The notes below the pieces were generated by a model, which saw nothing but the letters and a program-made list of their open reading frames with translations, made no database searches and was not told where the DNA came from. A stretch of 64,000 nt of DNA from an uncultured virus (IMG/VR IMGVR_UViG_3300010353_000982) (lineage: Duplodnaviria > Heunggongvirae > Uroviricota > Caudoviricetes): the IMG/VR virus record IMGVR_UViG_3300010353_000982. One strand, given 5' to 3'. Below, piece after piece: positions 9,159-19,394 of this stretch. Numbering within the stretch: the stretch's first letter is position 1; each line of letters opens with the position of its first letter. The translations under genes were made by a program, and so were the position numbers.

Positions 9159-9686
9159 TTATTCCCCAATGTAATCTTCGTCTTCGGTCTTCTTACCTGC
9201 GAAGATAGCGAATCCTTCCTTGGTAATTTCAGTTCCATTCACGTTGCAGATCCTGACATACATTCTGTGCAATTCATCGTTAGTGACAGTTGCAGGACGA
9301 ATGAATTTCGCATTATTATCAAGGGTGTTCGGTGGTCTTATGAAATATCCTGCGATGAGAGCCTGATCAACAAAGTATTGTGCTTTGTTTCTTCCAATGC
9401 CGAGAGCATCTGCAACGATAAATCCAAAGTCAGTTTTGAGTATTGCCCTTGCATTGAAAAGTTCGGTTCTCATGGCCATATTATTAGTAACGCGCTCGTC
9501 GTTAACAAATACATCGGCCATCATGCAGGAGATTGCTTCAATGGACATGTTCTTACCATGCTTCTCGAAGAGTTCAGAATAAGGCATGTCGATATACTGA
9601 TAGACGGAACATTCTTTCAAGACCCTCGCCAGGCGTGGATTTCTTGATTTAATAAGGTCGTAAACCTCCTCTTTTATGGTTTTCAT
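9159..9686 (-). CDS. Hypothetical protein
   Basis: ORF track, first gene of thyA operon. Confidence 0.65.
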   Translation of the reverse strand: MKTIKEEVYDLIKSRNPRLARVLKECSVYQYIDMPYSELFEKHGKNMSIEAISCMMADVFVNDERVTNNMAMRTELFNARAILKTDFGFIVADALGIGRNKAQYFVDQALIAGYFIRPPNTLDNNAKFIRPATVTNDELHRMYVRICNVNGTEITKEGFAIFAGKKTEDEDYIGE

Positions 9687-9802
9687 ACAAACTTATTAGT
9701 TTTGAGAACTATTTAATAATTATGGTTCTTCCATAAATGTCGGAGTAATCAGGGGGAAGTATTAAATATGTTATGGGAGTAATATATAATGAGGAGATAG
9801 CC

Positions 9803-10291
9803 ATGGAAGGTATTGATATTTCTCTGATCAAAAATAAGAATATTAAGGGATGTATTATTTGTCAGAATCCCAAAATTGCCGCAATCGTTGATCCAGCAAT
9901 TTTTAACGCAGAATGTGATTTCAAAACTCTCAAAGAACGCCTTGCTTCTGATGGTTTTTACGTTGAAATCGGTGTAATTTCCAACCATGCCAAGCATGTT
10001 TTTTACGACGACAATCAGGAAATCATACCCGCGCCAGTTGATATTTCGTTGGAAATGGTTTCTATCGAGAATCTCACAAATATCGATATCGTCAAAGAAG
10101 GTATTGCTAATTTGATGAGAGCGGAAAAGAAAATGCTGGCTGAAGGTAAGGAGGGCACAAAGGGCTATCTCGAAGTTATTGTTGAGAAGCGCAGACTCAT
10201 TGAACTTAAGGCCAAGCTTGAAGGAGAACTTCAGGAAAATGATGGAGATAAGACAATTATTATCCCGTCCTATATTCAGAAACTGGAGTAA
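9803..10291 (+). CDS. Putative terminase small subunit
   Basis: Directly upstream of TerL; N-terminal CxxC, helical C-terminus; GAGGAG RBS. Confidence 0.55.
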   Translation: MEGIDISLIKNKNIKGCIICQNPKIAAIVDPAIFNAECDFKTLKERLASDGFYVEIGVISNHAKHVFYDDNQEIIPAPVDISLEMVSIENLTNIDIVKEGIANLMRAEKKMLAEGKEGTKGYLEVIVEKRRLIELKAKLEGELQENDGDKTIIIPSYIQKLE

Positions 10292-12730
10292 ATGGCGTCT
10301 ATTGTTTATCATGGGAAACAACTTTCCCTTTACAATATAGCAAAATATATTCTTGAGTATGATAAATTAGGCCCAAAACATAAAGAATGGTGTGACCGTT
10401 ACGAGGAAATCAAGAAATCGGGACGTCAGCGTATCCTTTTGATGAAGCCTCGTGGAACTTACAAGACAACCATTTACTCCGTTGCCAATATCATTGATAT
10501 TCTCATGGAAGATTGGGTTGCTACTGGTGGAACTTTTGATAAGCGTATTCTTCTTACCTCGTCTACAGAAGACATGGCAATTCAGATTCTTTCCGAGGTA
10601 AGGCAGCATCTGAAGAACAATCCGAATCTGAAAGAGTTCTTCGGGTATGATCCCGTCGAATCTTACAATCAAAGAGAAATTCAATTGTTTCCGCGCTCTG
10701 TTCACAAAGAGCCCAGTATCAAAGCGAAAGGAGCAATGAGCGCCATTGTGTCGGAACACTATGATGTAATCATTGTTGATGATCTTTGCTTTGATAAAGA
10801 AACAGAGGTTTTAACAAAGGAAGGATGGAAGTATTTTAAAGACGTGGGAATGAATGACCAATTCGCTACCATTGATGACGAAGACAATATGTATTATGAA
10901 TCACCAACACGACTTATAAAGAAACCATATAAGGGCGAAATGATTGGTGTAAATCATAAGCATTGTAATTTCCTCGTAACTCCAGACCACAATATGCTTT
11001 TTAAGAAAGGCCATTCTAATGATTATGAAAAATATCCTGCATCTGAAATAGAAGGAATGTATGGTAAATTCAAAAAGACATTTAATTGGACTGGTGTGCG
11101 ACAAGAATTTTTCGTCTTGGAAGCTGCTGAATATAGGAATGGGGCGAAAGAAACAGAGAAAGTTATTCCCATGGATGATTTTCTCCCCTTCCTTGGACTC
11201 TATCTTTCCGAGGGATGTATTCAAGCAAGATGGACTAAACCTAGTCGAATAATGATAACACATTCGTATGTAAAGAATCCAGAGACATGCGAATATATTC
11301 GTAAAGTAATGTCAAAACTTCCTTATAAGGTAAAAGAATACAAGAGTGCTGAAAATATTAATTTTACTATCAATTCTACTGTGCTTGCTACCTATTTGCA
11401 CCAGTTTGGTCATTATGCAATAGAGAAATTTATACCTCGGTTTATTTTTGATCTTCCTAAAGAACAAATTGATTTATTCCTAGAAGCATATTTTATTGGT
11501 GATGGTTATTGGTCATCACACAATGAACGTATATTTGGTACATCTTCACCAAAAATGGCCGATGATCTCCATGAGTTATGTTTGAAAGCAGGCAAAAATG
11601 CTTCAAAACGCACATATAATTCTTATACCGTAACACCAGATGGAAAAGAACATGATACTATTGTATATAGAGTAGGCGAGACCAAAGAAAAATTTAATGA
11701 GGCGTGTGTAAGAAATAAACATTGGTATCGCCAAGAATACGATGATTACGTCTACTGTGTGGAAATTCCGAACCATAAAATCCTTATTAGGCGAAACGGA
11801 GTCCAATGCTGGCTTTTCAATTGCAACAACGATGATAGAGAGTCTTTTGCTGTAAGGGAGCGAAAGAAGCGGTGGTTCATTGATTTGATCTCAATTCTCA
11901 ATCCGACTGGTCTTCTCCTGGTCGTTGGCACTCGCTGGCATTTGGATGATGTATATCAGTATATTCTGACAAACAACCCTAACCTGCCGCAGAAAGATCA
12001 ATATCATATTGAAATTGAGGCTATTTATGATAAGGACACAGGACAACCTCTTTTCCCATCAATCTATTCTATGGAGGATATTGATCGTCTAAAGGTGGAG
12101 AAAGGTCTCGTCGAATTTTATTCACAATATATGAACGATCCGCTCCCTGCAGAGACCCATCTCTTCAAAATAGAAGAGTTTAAGTTCTATACCGATTACG
12201 ATAAAGACTTCGAAGATGCAAAGCATGTTATCTATGTCGACCCTGCACTTGGTCGAGAGTTGGATTACAGTGTAATTATTGTAGGTGCAATCAAAGATAA
12301 CAAGTTCTATCTTCGAGACGTATTCGCTTCAAACATCATCACACCTGATAAACTCATTGTTCAGATTGAGTTTTTTTTCCATCGATATAATGCTCATATC
12401 GTTGGAATTGAGGCCAACCAGTTCCAGACATTATTTGCCCAGTCTGTTAAGCGCCGTGGTATACCAGTCCATGAGGTAAAGAACTTCAAGAAGAAACAAC
12501 TTCGTATCGAGGGGCTTGCACCTTATGTTACGTCTGGTGTAGTTTTATTCCGTGACGACTGGATGCAACACAGAGACTATCAGGAGGCAATTGAGCAATT
12601 AGTTAAGTATCCAGTTCACAAACACGATGATGCGCCAGATGCGCTTGAAGGTGCTGTGAGATTAGGATTACGAAATCGTGGTATCTATACTTCAATCGCA
12701 GGTTTGCTGCTGGGGGCAAAGCGAAAATGA
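10292..12730 (+). CDS. terL: Terminase large subunit with intein
   Basis: PRGTYKTT Walker A, IIVDD Walker B, GTRWH motif, RNase H-like DPA...D and HDDAPDALE. Confidence 0.93.
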   Translation: MASIVYHGKQLSLYNIAKYILEYDKLGPKHKEWCDRYEEIKKSGRQRILLMKPRGTYKTTIYSVANIIDILMEDWVATGGTFDKRILLTSSTEDMAIQILSEVRQHLKNNPNLKEFFGYDPVESYNQREIQLFPRSVHKEPSIKAKGAMSAIVSEHYDVIIVDDLCFDKETEVLTKEGWKYFKDVGMNDQFATIDDEDNMYYESPTRLIKKPYKGEMIGVNHKHCNFLVTPDHNMLFKKGHSNDYEKYPASEIEGMYGKFKKTFNWTGVRQEFFVLEAAEYRNGAKETEKVIPMDDFLPFLGLYLSEGCIQARWTKPSRIMITHSYVKNPETCEYIRKVMSKLPYKVKEYKSAENINFTINSTVLATYLHQFGHYAIEKFIPRFIFDLPKEQIDLFLEAYFIGDGYWSSHNERIFGTSSPKMADDLHELCLKAGKNASKRTYNSYTVTPDGKEHDTIVYRVGETKEKFNEACVRNKHWYRQEYDDYVYCVEIPNHKILIRRNGVQCWLFNCNNDDRESFAVRERKKRWFIDLISILNPTGLLLVVGTRWHLDDVYQYILTNNPNLPQKDQYHIEIEAIYDKDTGQPLFPSIYSMEDIDRLKVEKGLVEFYSQYMNDPLPAETHLFKIEEFKFYTDYDKDFEDAKHVIYVDPALGRELDYSVIIVGAIKDNKFYLRDVFASNIITPDKLIVQIEFFFHRYNAHIVGIEANQFQTLFAQSVKRRGIPVHEVKNFKKKQLRIEGLAPYVTSGVVLFRDDWMQHRDYQEAIEQLVKYPVHKHDDAPDALEGAVRLGLRNRGIYTSIAGLLLGAKRK
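10787..11821 (+). mobile_element. Intein (345 aa) with LAGLIDADG homing endonuclease in TerL
   Basis: Starts CFDKETEVLT, block B VTPDH, LGLYLSEG and FIGDG endonuclease motifs, ends WLFN before Cys+1. Confidence 0.9.
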
Positions 12731-12921
12731 AAGAAACGCCCCTTGAATACAGACTTTATGTTCTTCTCGGTAAGCTTAAAAGGGAGGGAAAACAAAAGAT
12801 TGAGGTAAGAGAATTAATGAAGATTCTTAAGATAAGACACCACGAACCAGACGTAATCTTATATGTTATCAGAAAAGTAATTGAATTGGGTTATAAGGTG
12901 AATATCTATGGCAGAGACTGA
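12727..12921 (+). CDS. Small basic protein, possible HTH
   Basis: ORF track; overlaps both neighbours. Confidence 0.55.
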   Translation: MKETPLEYRLYVLLGKLKREGKQKIEVRELMKILKIRHHEPDVILYVIRKVIELGYKVNIYGRD

Positions 12922-14404
12922 AACAACAAAACAAAAGCGCCCATCCGTTGAGGATGCAGATGTTATCATCGGGCGCGAAGGCAGAAAGTATATGCTTGCT
13001 GCCGATTCCGCCACCAGAGTTAATCAGGTAACGCAGGCTGGAGCATGGCAGGGATTTGAACCGACTACAGGGAATAGATTTATTCTCTATGAACAAATCG
13101 GAGATCTTAATCCGCACATTTCTATACCGCTGACAAAATTGTCACTATCATTGGTGAAGGGCATTCGCTTTACCTCTGGTGATCCGAAAGTACCAGTTGA
13201 TGAAGATCTCATCAAGGACTTCGAAGCATGGTCGAAAGAGATTAACTTTAGATCAAAACTTCAGACCATGACCCGACTGATTGTAAAAAACGGAACATTC
13301 GTCGGAAAAGTTGAAGAGACAAAATCAGCAACTGCAGAAGGCGGCAAAGTATTTGATTTCCAGCCAGTTATGATGAAATACACGACTCTTTTGCCAAAAG
13401 GAGTAAAACCTGGCGACAAACCAGATACGGTATTAATGCCTCCAATTGTCACGGCCTATATTAATGAGGGTGATGAGAAGCTGCAGCAGCAAATCAAGGA
13501 AGACAAATTGATTTATGCAGCCATATTCCCCTATGACAAGCCGTTTGTTGATATTTATGGTCGTGAGACATATGGTATTTATGGACTGTCCTTACTCGAT
13601 GCAATCCATGATACATTCATGCGGTATCTCGATCTGGTGAAAGGATACACCGAGTATATCAGAAAATACGGAGTTGGCCGCTATTTCTACAATTATTCTT
13701 CTCTTGAAGAAATTCTGAAAGATGGAGATATTGATACCGTAAAGAAACTCATCGCCGAGCTTCGTGATACCGTCCAGTATATTCAGGAGAATGAGGATAT
13801 CGTCGGTTGTGGTTTTGACATCAAAAATCTCGACCAGAGTGGAACCAACATTGATATCGTCAACTTCAAGAATTCACTTGAAACTGATATTCAGGTAGGA
13901 TTGATGCAGCAGCCCTTGACCATGGGGCGGGCCGAAGGAACTACCTATGCATCTGGATATGTATCCGAAGCTGACCGTCTTATTGTGCTGGAAGGATTGC
14001 AGGAAATGATTCAGGATCTTGTCAATAAACAGATTATTGATAAGCGTCTCGTCTCGATGAGCAAGGAACCTGGCCTCGTAAAAGTTGTCTTTGAGGAACT
14101 GTCCCAGCCGTCCATCGTATTCAAAGACCTATTGCTGGCCTATGAGGATGGTATTATTGCACGGAAAGAAATCAGAACCCGCGCTGGTCTTGAAGGAGAT
14201 GTATCTGATCAAGACATCATGGAAGGCCGAGAACTAATCTTTACAGTGCAGCAATCGGCAATGGGCGCGGTTAAGAGTGGAGATGAATCAAATCAAGACA
14301 AAGATGCAATTGGAATGGAAGCCAGAAAAAGTTCTCGTCTAGGAACTGCCATGGATGAGAAGACCACTCCAACCGCTCCGAAGAACCAGACACGTTCAAA
14401 TTGA
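12908..14404 (+). CDS. Portal protein
   Basis: ~500 aa after TerL; YGLSLL, GTTYASG and EIRTRAGL portal-type motifs. Confidence 0.75.
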   Translation: MAETETTKQKRPSVEDADVIIGREGRKYMLAADSATRVNQVTQAGAWQGFEPTTGNRFILYEQIGDLNPHISIPLTKLSLSLVKGIRFTSGDPKVPVDEDLIKDFEAWSKEINFRSKLQTMTRLIVKNGTFVGKVEETKSATAEGGKVFDFQPVMMKYTTLLPKGVKPGDKPDTVLMPPIVTAYINEGDEKLQQQIKEDKLIYAAIFPYDKPFVDIYGRETYGIYGLSLLDAIHDTFMRYLDLVKGYTEYIRKYGVGRYFYNYSSLEEILKDGDIDTVKKLIAELRDTVQYIQENEDIVGCGFDIKNLDQSGTNIDIVNFKNSLETDIQVGLMQQPLTMGRAEGTTYASGYVSEADRLIVLEGLQEMIQDLVNKQIIDKRLVSMSKEPGLVKVVFEELSQPSIVFKDLLLAYEDGIIARKEIRTRAGLEGDVSDQDIMEGRELIFTVQQSAMGAVKSGDESNQDKDAIGMEARKSSRLGTAMDEKTTPTAPKNQTRSN

Positions 14405-14410
14405 TTGAAC

Positions 14411-14422
14411 CGAAACCTTTAT
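14411..14422 (+). promoter_or_regulatory. Archaeal BRE-TATA promoter (CGAAACCTTTAT)
   Basis: ~28 nt before ATG 14450; AACCTTTAT recurs near 16526, 53911 and 58693. Confidence 0.6.
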
Positions 14423-14449
14423 CTTTTTTTATCACTAATATTGTAGTGC

Positions 14450-14788
14450 ATGAATGCTCTTACAGAAACTTCTCGTCAGAAACGTATTCAGGAGCATCTC
14501 ATTTCACTCGGGTATGTATGGGTTAAACATCCGAAGTTCAATGAATTTTATACCAGAGGAAATATTGCCATCGTTGTTACCTATAAGATGGTTCAATTTT
14601 TCATCTACGATAGAGAACGAAAACAAACAGATGATATGATCTGTCGGTTTAGTAAGTCTCTCGATGAAGCACTCTGGAAAAAGTTCGCTGAAGATCTTTT
14701 GAATTATCCGATTGATGAGTGCTTTGAAATGATGTATTCGGAGATTGAAAAGACTATTAACGAAGGTAAGATACTCCTTCAGAGGTAG
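14450..14788 (+). CDS. Hypothetical protein
   Basis: ORF track; likely leaderless. Confidence 0.65.
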   Translation: MNALTETSRQKRIQEHLISLGYVWVKHPKFNEFYTRGNIAIVVTYKMVQFFIYDRERKQTDDMICRFSKSLDEALWKKFAEDLLNYPIDECFEMMYSEIEKTINEGKILLQR

Positions 14789-14792
14789 CCAT

Positions 14793-16292
14793 ATGGAAGA
14801 AACAGAAACTAAAACAATTATGCAGGAACTTGCTGATCTCTGTCAGGAAATTTACGAGAAGTCATATCATGATGTATTTGACTTTGGTGAATATTCTGAC
14901 GAAGAACTGCAGGAACAAAAAGCAATGCTTCTTCGTAAAAAGGAGTTATTGGCTAACCTTCACCTCGAAACGATTGTTGAACAAAAAGAAATCCCCGAGC
15001 CCAATGGAGAAGACTTCTTCACGCTTTGGAACAGATTATGGGATATGCGAATTGAATCGCAGCCAGTCCTGCGTGAAATCTACTCCGTGGTAGCATTATC
15101 ACAGATCTTCAAGAAAGTGAAGATTTATCGTGGTTCTGTTGAAGAAGATATTCGTGTTCATTCCTGCGTTATTATGCCATCAGGAACAGGTAAGTCAGAG
15201 GGTAATGATTTCCTTTACCAGTTCGCAATGCGAAATGGAAAAAAGTATTATTCTATTGAGCGATTTACCGATGCTATCCTGACTGGTTCTATCAAGCGCG
15301 GGATATTGGATAGAAATACTTCGAAGGGATTAAAAGAGGGAGATATTGGATGGAAAGACCCGACCACTCCATCGGTATTGACGACGTATGATTATGTGGT
15401 CTCTGATGAAGGAGAGTCGATCCTAAAATCATCCCGCCAGACCGAGGGCGCTCAAAGGCTTCTACAGAAGGCCATGAACCGTTATGGTAGTGAGGGGAAC
15501 CTGCTGACGAATAATCTGGTTGATGGTGAAATAACCGCACGTCCAGACTGTTCTATTGCTATTACCTCGTATTACCTCGACGAGTTTAAGGACACACTCC
15601 TTGAACGTGGTCTCCTGCAGCGTATGATCGTCTATATCCAGGAGGAGAACGAAGACCGCAGAACGAAGATTATTGACAGAATTATCGGTGACATTGCATC
15701 CTTTACTGATAACAAAGATGAAGCATACGCCGAAATCTTTGAACGTAAAGATCTTGTCGATGGTTATTATGCTCATCTTGTGGCAGAAGTAAATCGACTG
15801 AAGAAGATTCATCAGGACACGGAATACGTCGTCATGATGGATGAATCGAAACCGATTCTTCGTAACAGTATCGATGAGCTCCGTAACATCATGCCGATGC
15901 TCGTTGGCCAGAAACAGATTTGGGAATCAATGATTTCACGTCTTACGGTGAATATCTTGAAGATCAGTGCCATTTATGCGCTGGCCGATGGCCGCGATTA
16001 TATAATGGCAAAGGATACTACAAAGGCCAGTTCATTGATGATGGAGACCATGCGCTCTGTAGCATTCTTCCTGAAGGATAATGTACAGACGAAAATGGAT
16101 AATCGCACGGTGCAGGTTCATGCTCGATTGAAAGCCAAGAAAGGTGGTTATTTCTTATCTGAAAAGGAATGGGTTGAATATCTCGTCAAAGAGATGGGAT
16201 TCTCGGAACAACAAGGCAAGATATTAATCAAGAATTTCATCGACAACGGTAAAATGTCTTATCGTGCAGACAAAAAGTTGGTGTTATCATGA
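14793..16292 (+). CDS. AAA+ ATPase, putative divergent MCM-like replicative helicase
   Basis: PSGTGKS Walker A, VSDE Walker B, GLLQR arginine finger, C-terminal wHTH-like region; replication context. Confidence 0.65.
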   Translation: MEETETKTIMQELADLCQEIYEKSYHDVFDFGEYSDEELQEQKAMLLRKKELLANLHLETIVEQKEIPEPNGEDFFTLWNRLWDMRIESQPVLREIYSVVALSQIFKKVKIYRGSVEEDIRVHSCVIMPSGTGKSEGNDFLYQFAMRNGKKYYSIERFTDAILTGSIKRGILDRNTSKGLKEGDIGWKDPTTPSVLTTYDYVVSDEGESILKSSRQTEGAQRLLQKAMNRYGSEGNLLTNNLVDGEITARPDCSIAITSYYLDEFKDTLLERGLLQRMIVYIQEENEDRRTKIIDRIIGDIASFTDNKDEAYAEIFERKDLVDGYYAHLVAEVNRLKKIHQDTEYVVMMDESKPILRNSIDELRNIMPMLVGQKQIWESMISRLTVNILKISAIYALADGRDYIMAKDTTKASSLMMETMRSVAFFLKDNVQTKMDNRTVQVHARLKAKKGGYFLSEKEWVEYLVKEMGFSEQQGKILIKNFIDNGKMSYRADKKLVLS

Positions 16293-16519
16293 GCAAACCA
16301 GATCCATTTATCAACACACTTTGTTTTAATGGTTTCAAATGCAGAGGAAATCATTGTAAGGCATGGAATGGAGGAGAAAATGATTGTGAATTTATCATGG
16401 CTGCGCGCGAACAACACTATGCATCTCGTGGGATAGTTAATATAGTGCCGCAGAAATTGGTTTCAGAATCAAATACTTCTCCGTCGACCACAAAACCCAT
16501 AAAAGCGAAGAAGAAATAA
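16289..16519 (+). CDS. Small Cys-rich protein
   Basis: C...C...CxAW...C pattern; ATGA overlap. Confidence 0.6.
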   Translation: MSKPDPFINTLCFNGFKCRGNHCKAWNGGENDCEFIMAAREQHYASRGIVNIVPQKLVSESNTSPSTTKPIKAKKK

Positions 16520-16523
16520 ACCC

Positions 16524-16537
16524 AAAACCTTTATTTA
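16524..16537 (+). promoter_or_regulatory. BRE-TATA promoter of replication operon
   Basis: AAAACCTTTATTTA ~25 nt upstream of tRNA-like element E1. Confidence 0.6.
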
Positions 16538-16562
16538 GTATTATTGCCATATATATTGCAAA

Positions 16563-16631
16563 GAGTGCCGCAGGCAGCGCGTGGCGGGTATCCAATCCCC
16601 CATGGCAGGAGGTTCAATTCCTCTCGCACTC
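16563..16631 (+). ncRNA. tRNA-like element E1 (degenerate cloverleaf)
   Basis: GAGTGC/GCACTC stem, CGC-AGGCA-GCG D-like arm, GGAGG-TTCAATT-CCTCT T arm; followed by TCCC-TTCG-GGGA hairpin and RBS. Confidence 0.7.
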
Positions 16632-16665
16632 CTCCCTTCGGGGAAAAAACAATGGAGTTCAATCC

Positions 16666-17730
16666 ATGTCTGTAAACATCAAAAAGGGTATCAAGGAAAT
16701 GAGCCAGAAGCTCGGCAAGTCCGAGGAAGAGCTCATCGCTGAAATGGCGAAGTTTGAATCCGATCTCTCGGCTATTTTCGACGATACCGAAGAGGTAAAG
16801 CAGGCCGCATTCAAGCAGCTTCGTGGCGCATACCGCGCACAGATGAAGTCGAATGCCAAGATGTTTGAGGGATTTTTCTTTGCTATGCAGCCTGTTCGTA
16901 ATGAGAATGACTTTCCGATCAAAGAGGCCGACAAGGAGTTTAAGAAACTCTCCGACGAAGTTGGTCGTGAGGAGGCCGTCGCCCAGTGGCAGGGTCTCGG
17001 AAAGATGAATGAGAATGAACAGTATCTGTTCAATGCCGACAACACTACCGATGCAATGAAGTGGAAGCGTGGTAAGGTTATCGAGCGCTTTGTGCCTGTC
17101 AGGGAATGCTACGGTTTCTTCAAGGAGCCCGACGTCCAGGGGAGCAAGATCCGCTTCGGTATTGTGACCATGCGCCACGAGCCCGAGAAATTCATTCCAG
17201 AGATGCTCAAGGTTTATTCCTTCAGGGCCACTGGTAAACCCGAGAACACACCGCTCCGTCTGAATGGAACGTCTGTGACTTCTCTTACCGATACTGGAGT
17301 CACTATCGATTTCGACATCTTCGTTAAGATGATTGGACAGGATATGCCAAAGAATGTCAAGTCATTCGATGATGTCTACAATCTTGACAAGGGTGTCTGC
17401 AAGGTTCCCGAGAACCCAAGGTTCTTTATCACGAAGGCCACGATTTCTCGTCTAAACGTGACTGACAAACCCGATCTGAATATCGATTTTGCCGATATAA
17501 CAGATCTTGTTGGTGACTTCGATCCTGTCTCGATGACAGTCTCCAAAGATCTCGGTGGTATTTATGAGAATGCCATTGGTATTGCAGTATATGCTCCGTA
17601 TATCAAGACCAAGGACAATACTGCTGCAGGAAACCTTTACGGGTTTATCACTGCCGACAATGCACCGAAACCAGCGCCTGTTGCCAAGAAAGCAGCAGCA
17701 AAGAAGAACACCGATGAAAATTGGGAGTGA
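16666..17730 (+). CDS. Putative ssDNA-binding/replication protein
   Basis: Beta-rich core, flexible tail ending acidic (TDENWE), upstream of recombination ATPase; function inferred. Confidence 0.45.
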   Translation: MSVNIKKGIKEMSQKLGKSEEELIAEMAKFESDLSAIFDDTEEVKQAAFKQLRGAYRAQMKSNAKMFEGFFFAMQPVRNENDFPIKEADKEFKKLSDEVGREEAVAQWQGLGKMNENEQYLFNADNTTDAMKWKRGKVIERFVPVRECYGFFKEPDVQGSKIRFGIVTMRHEPEKFIPEMLKVYSFRATGKPENTPLRLNGTSVTSLTDTGVTIDFDIFVKMIGQDMPKNVKSFDDVYNLDKGVCKVPENPRFFITKATISRLNVTDKPDLNIDFADITDLVGDFDPVSMTVSKDLGGIYENAIGIAVYAPYIKTKDNTAAGNLYGFITADNAPKPAPVAKKAAAKKNTDENWE

Positions 17731-17738
17731 ATTAATCA

Positions 17739-18671
17739 ATGGCAAAAGCAAAGGATACTGACTGGAACAATGCAGATAACGGTGGAGAATCCACCGATGA
17801 ATCTGCTGCCGCAGAAGTAGCGCTCAAAGGAACAGGAAAAGTATCCAAAGCCTTGAAAGAAAATCTCATTCGAGACAAGGTAATGGAACTGAAGCGGGAT
17901 AGAGATGACGACATCATGCCCGACTTCGATCTGGACAGTGCTCTTATGGATACGAGTAGCAGTAAGAAAGTATTTACTGTTTATGGACACAAGAATGACG
18001 CCAAGACTACGACTGCAATGGGAGTAGCAAAGAAGGGCGACAAGGTTGCCGTCCTGTCATTCGATTTGAAATCTGACCGTCCAACCGACCTCGATTTCAT
18101 AAAGAAAAGCGGTGTAGATTACAAGGTTTTCAATGCTATCCTTTACCTTGACAAGTCAACGCCTGACCTGTATCAGACCACTGCCGAGAAGACCTATGTC
18201 TTCGTGCTGAAGCTTCTTGATGGAATCAAGGAGAAATATAAGCCCGATTGGGTAATCATTGACGGTTCTGAATTCCTGAACAAGATTCTTGAACAGGTAA
18301 TGAGGAAGCGCAACGGCGTAATGCCGTATCAGGGAGTCGCTAACCAGAACATCTGGAAGGAGCGTACCCAGTATATCGATGATGTTCACAAGCAGGCCAT
18401 GGACGCCGCAACCAAGGGAATTATGTATACGACGTATGTATCCAAAGATTCCGTGGTAAAGGACGGCGTAGTAGTTCAGCAGAAAGACATGCCGAAGTGG
18501 TTAGGCGATGTCATGTCGCAGACCGATGTCATCATTCGTGTTATCACCGACGTAAGTGGCGGTAAGACCGAATACAAGGCTGTCATTGAGTCCTCAAAAT
18601 TCCCGAGGGAGTTCCCTCCAGGAGAATATGTAATCACCAACAAGCGTCTTTACGACGTAATCAACAAGTGA
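17739..18671 (+). CDS. RecA-fold ATPase (Sak4/AAA_24-like)
   Basis: Atypical Walker A GHKNDAKTT, Walker B WVIIDG, TDVIIR strand. Confidence 0.6.
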   Translation: MAKAKDTDWNNADNGGESTDESAAAEVALKGTGKVSKALKENLIRDKVMELKRDRDDDIMPDFDLDSALMDTSSSKKVFTVYGHKNDAKTTTAMGVAKKGDKVAVLSFDLKSDRPTDLDFIKKSGVDYKVFNAILYLDKSTPDLYQTTAEKTYVFVLKLLDGIKEKYKPDWVIIDGSEFLNKILEQVMRKRNGVMPYQGVANQNIWKERTQYIDDVHKQAMDAATKGIMYTTYVSKDSVVKDGVVVQQKDMPKWLGDVMSQTDVIIRVITDVSGGKTEYKAVIESSKFPREFPPGEYVITNKRLYDVINK

Positions 18672-19394
18672 GTGACCAAGATGAAGATTGGTATCGACCA
18701 ACTGAAACGGTTCATCGATATCGCGGGTGTGAATAAAGATGGTTTTGAAGCCATTGCTTCGGCTGGCACATTAACATCCAATGTAATGAACGACGACAGA
18801 AATGTTGTTGTTATCGTTGAGATGCAGACAAAAGCTGGCGACGAAGCAAAATTCCGCCTGCAAAGAGATATTTTTCTCAAATATCTCCGAAATATCGATG
18901 GTAAAATGGTCGATATGACTTCAGATGATACCCTTATCACTGTCGAGGGTGAGGATGTAAAACTCTTCATCCCTCAAGTGGTTTCTGCTATTACCGACAA
19001 AACCAAAAAGCCATTACCACAATCGATGAGTAACTGGGAAATGCAGTCAAGGCTTACTTTTTCCCCAGTTAAAATTAAAAAGATTTTATCGGTAGTGGAT
19101 AATGTCGGTGAACGTGTTATTACCCTCGTGATAAGTGGTGGTAAAATCACGGCGAAGATAAAGAAAAGGGCGATTGTAAAAGATATCGGTGAAGTAACCG
19201 ATGGTGAGACCGATTTTACTATTTCTTACCATATTGGTGCGTTCAACGATGCATTTCAGGGTGCTTTAGATAAACCTGTTTTTGTCACGATATATTCTCC
19301 GATAGAGAATGATCGCCCGCCTTCGTCGTTCAATTATTCATCTGGAGACTTATTGATCAGTGGACTTCTCGCCGATTGGAGGGAAAAAGAATGA
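18672..19394 (+). CDS. Putative sliding clamp (PCNA/gp45-like)
   Basis: 240 aa two-domain pattern directly upstream of clamp loader. Confidence 0.6.
   Translation: MTKMKIGIDQLKRFIDIAGVNKDGFEAIASAGTLTSNVMNDDRNVVVIVEMQTKAGDEAKFRLQRDIFLKYLRNIDGKMVDMTSDDTLITVEGEDVKLFIPQVVSAITDKTKKPLPQSMSNWEMQSRLTFSPVKIKKILSVVDNVGERVITLVISGGKITAKIKKRAIVKDIGEVTDGETDFTISYHIGAFNDAFQGALDKPVFVTIYSPIENDRPPSSFNYSSGDLLISGLLADWREKE

Noticed and set aside
16563..16635. Functional tRNA gene (Gly or Trp)
   Set aside because: Mismatch at seventh acceptor pair, tiny D arm, irregular anticodon arm, no CCA; kept as tRNA-like element.
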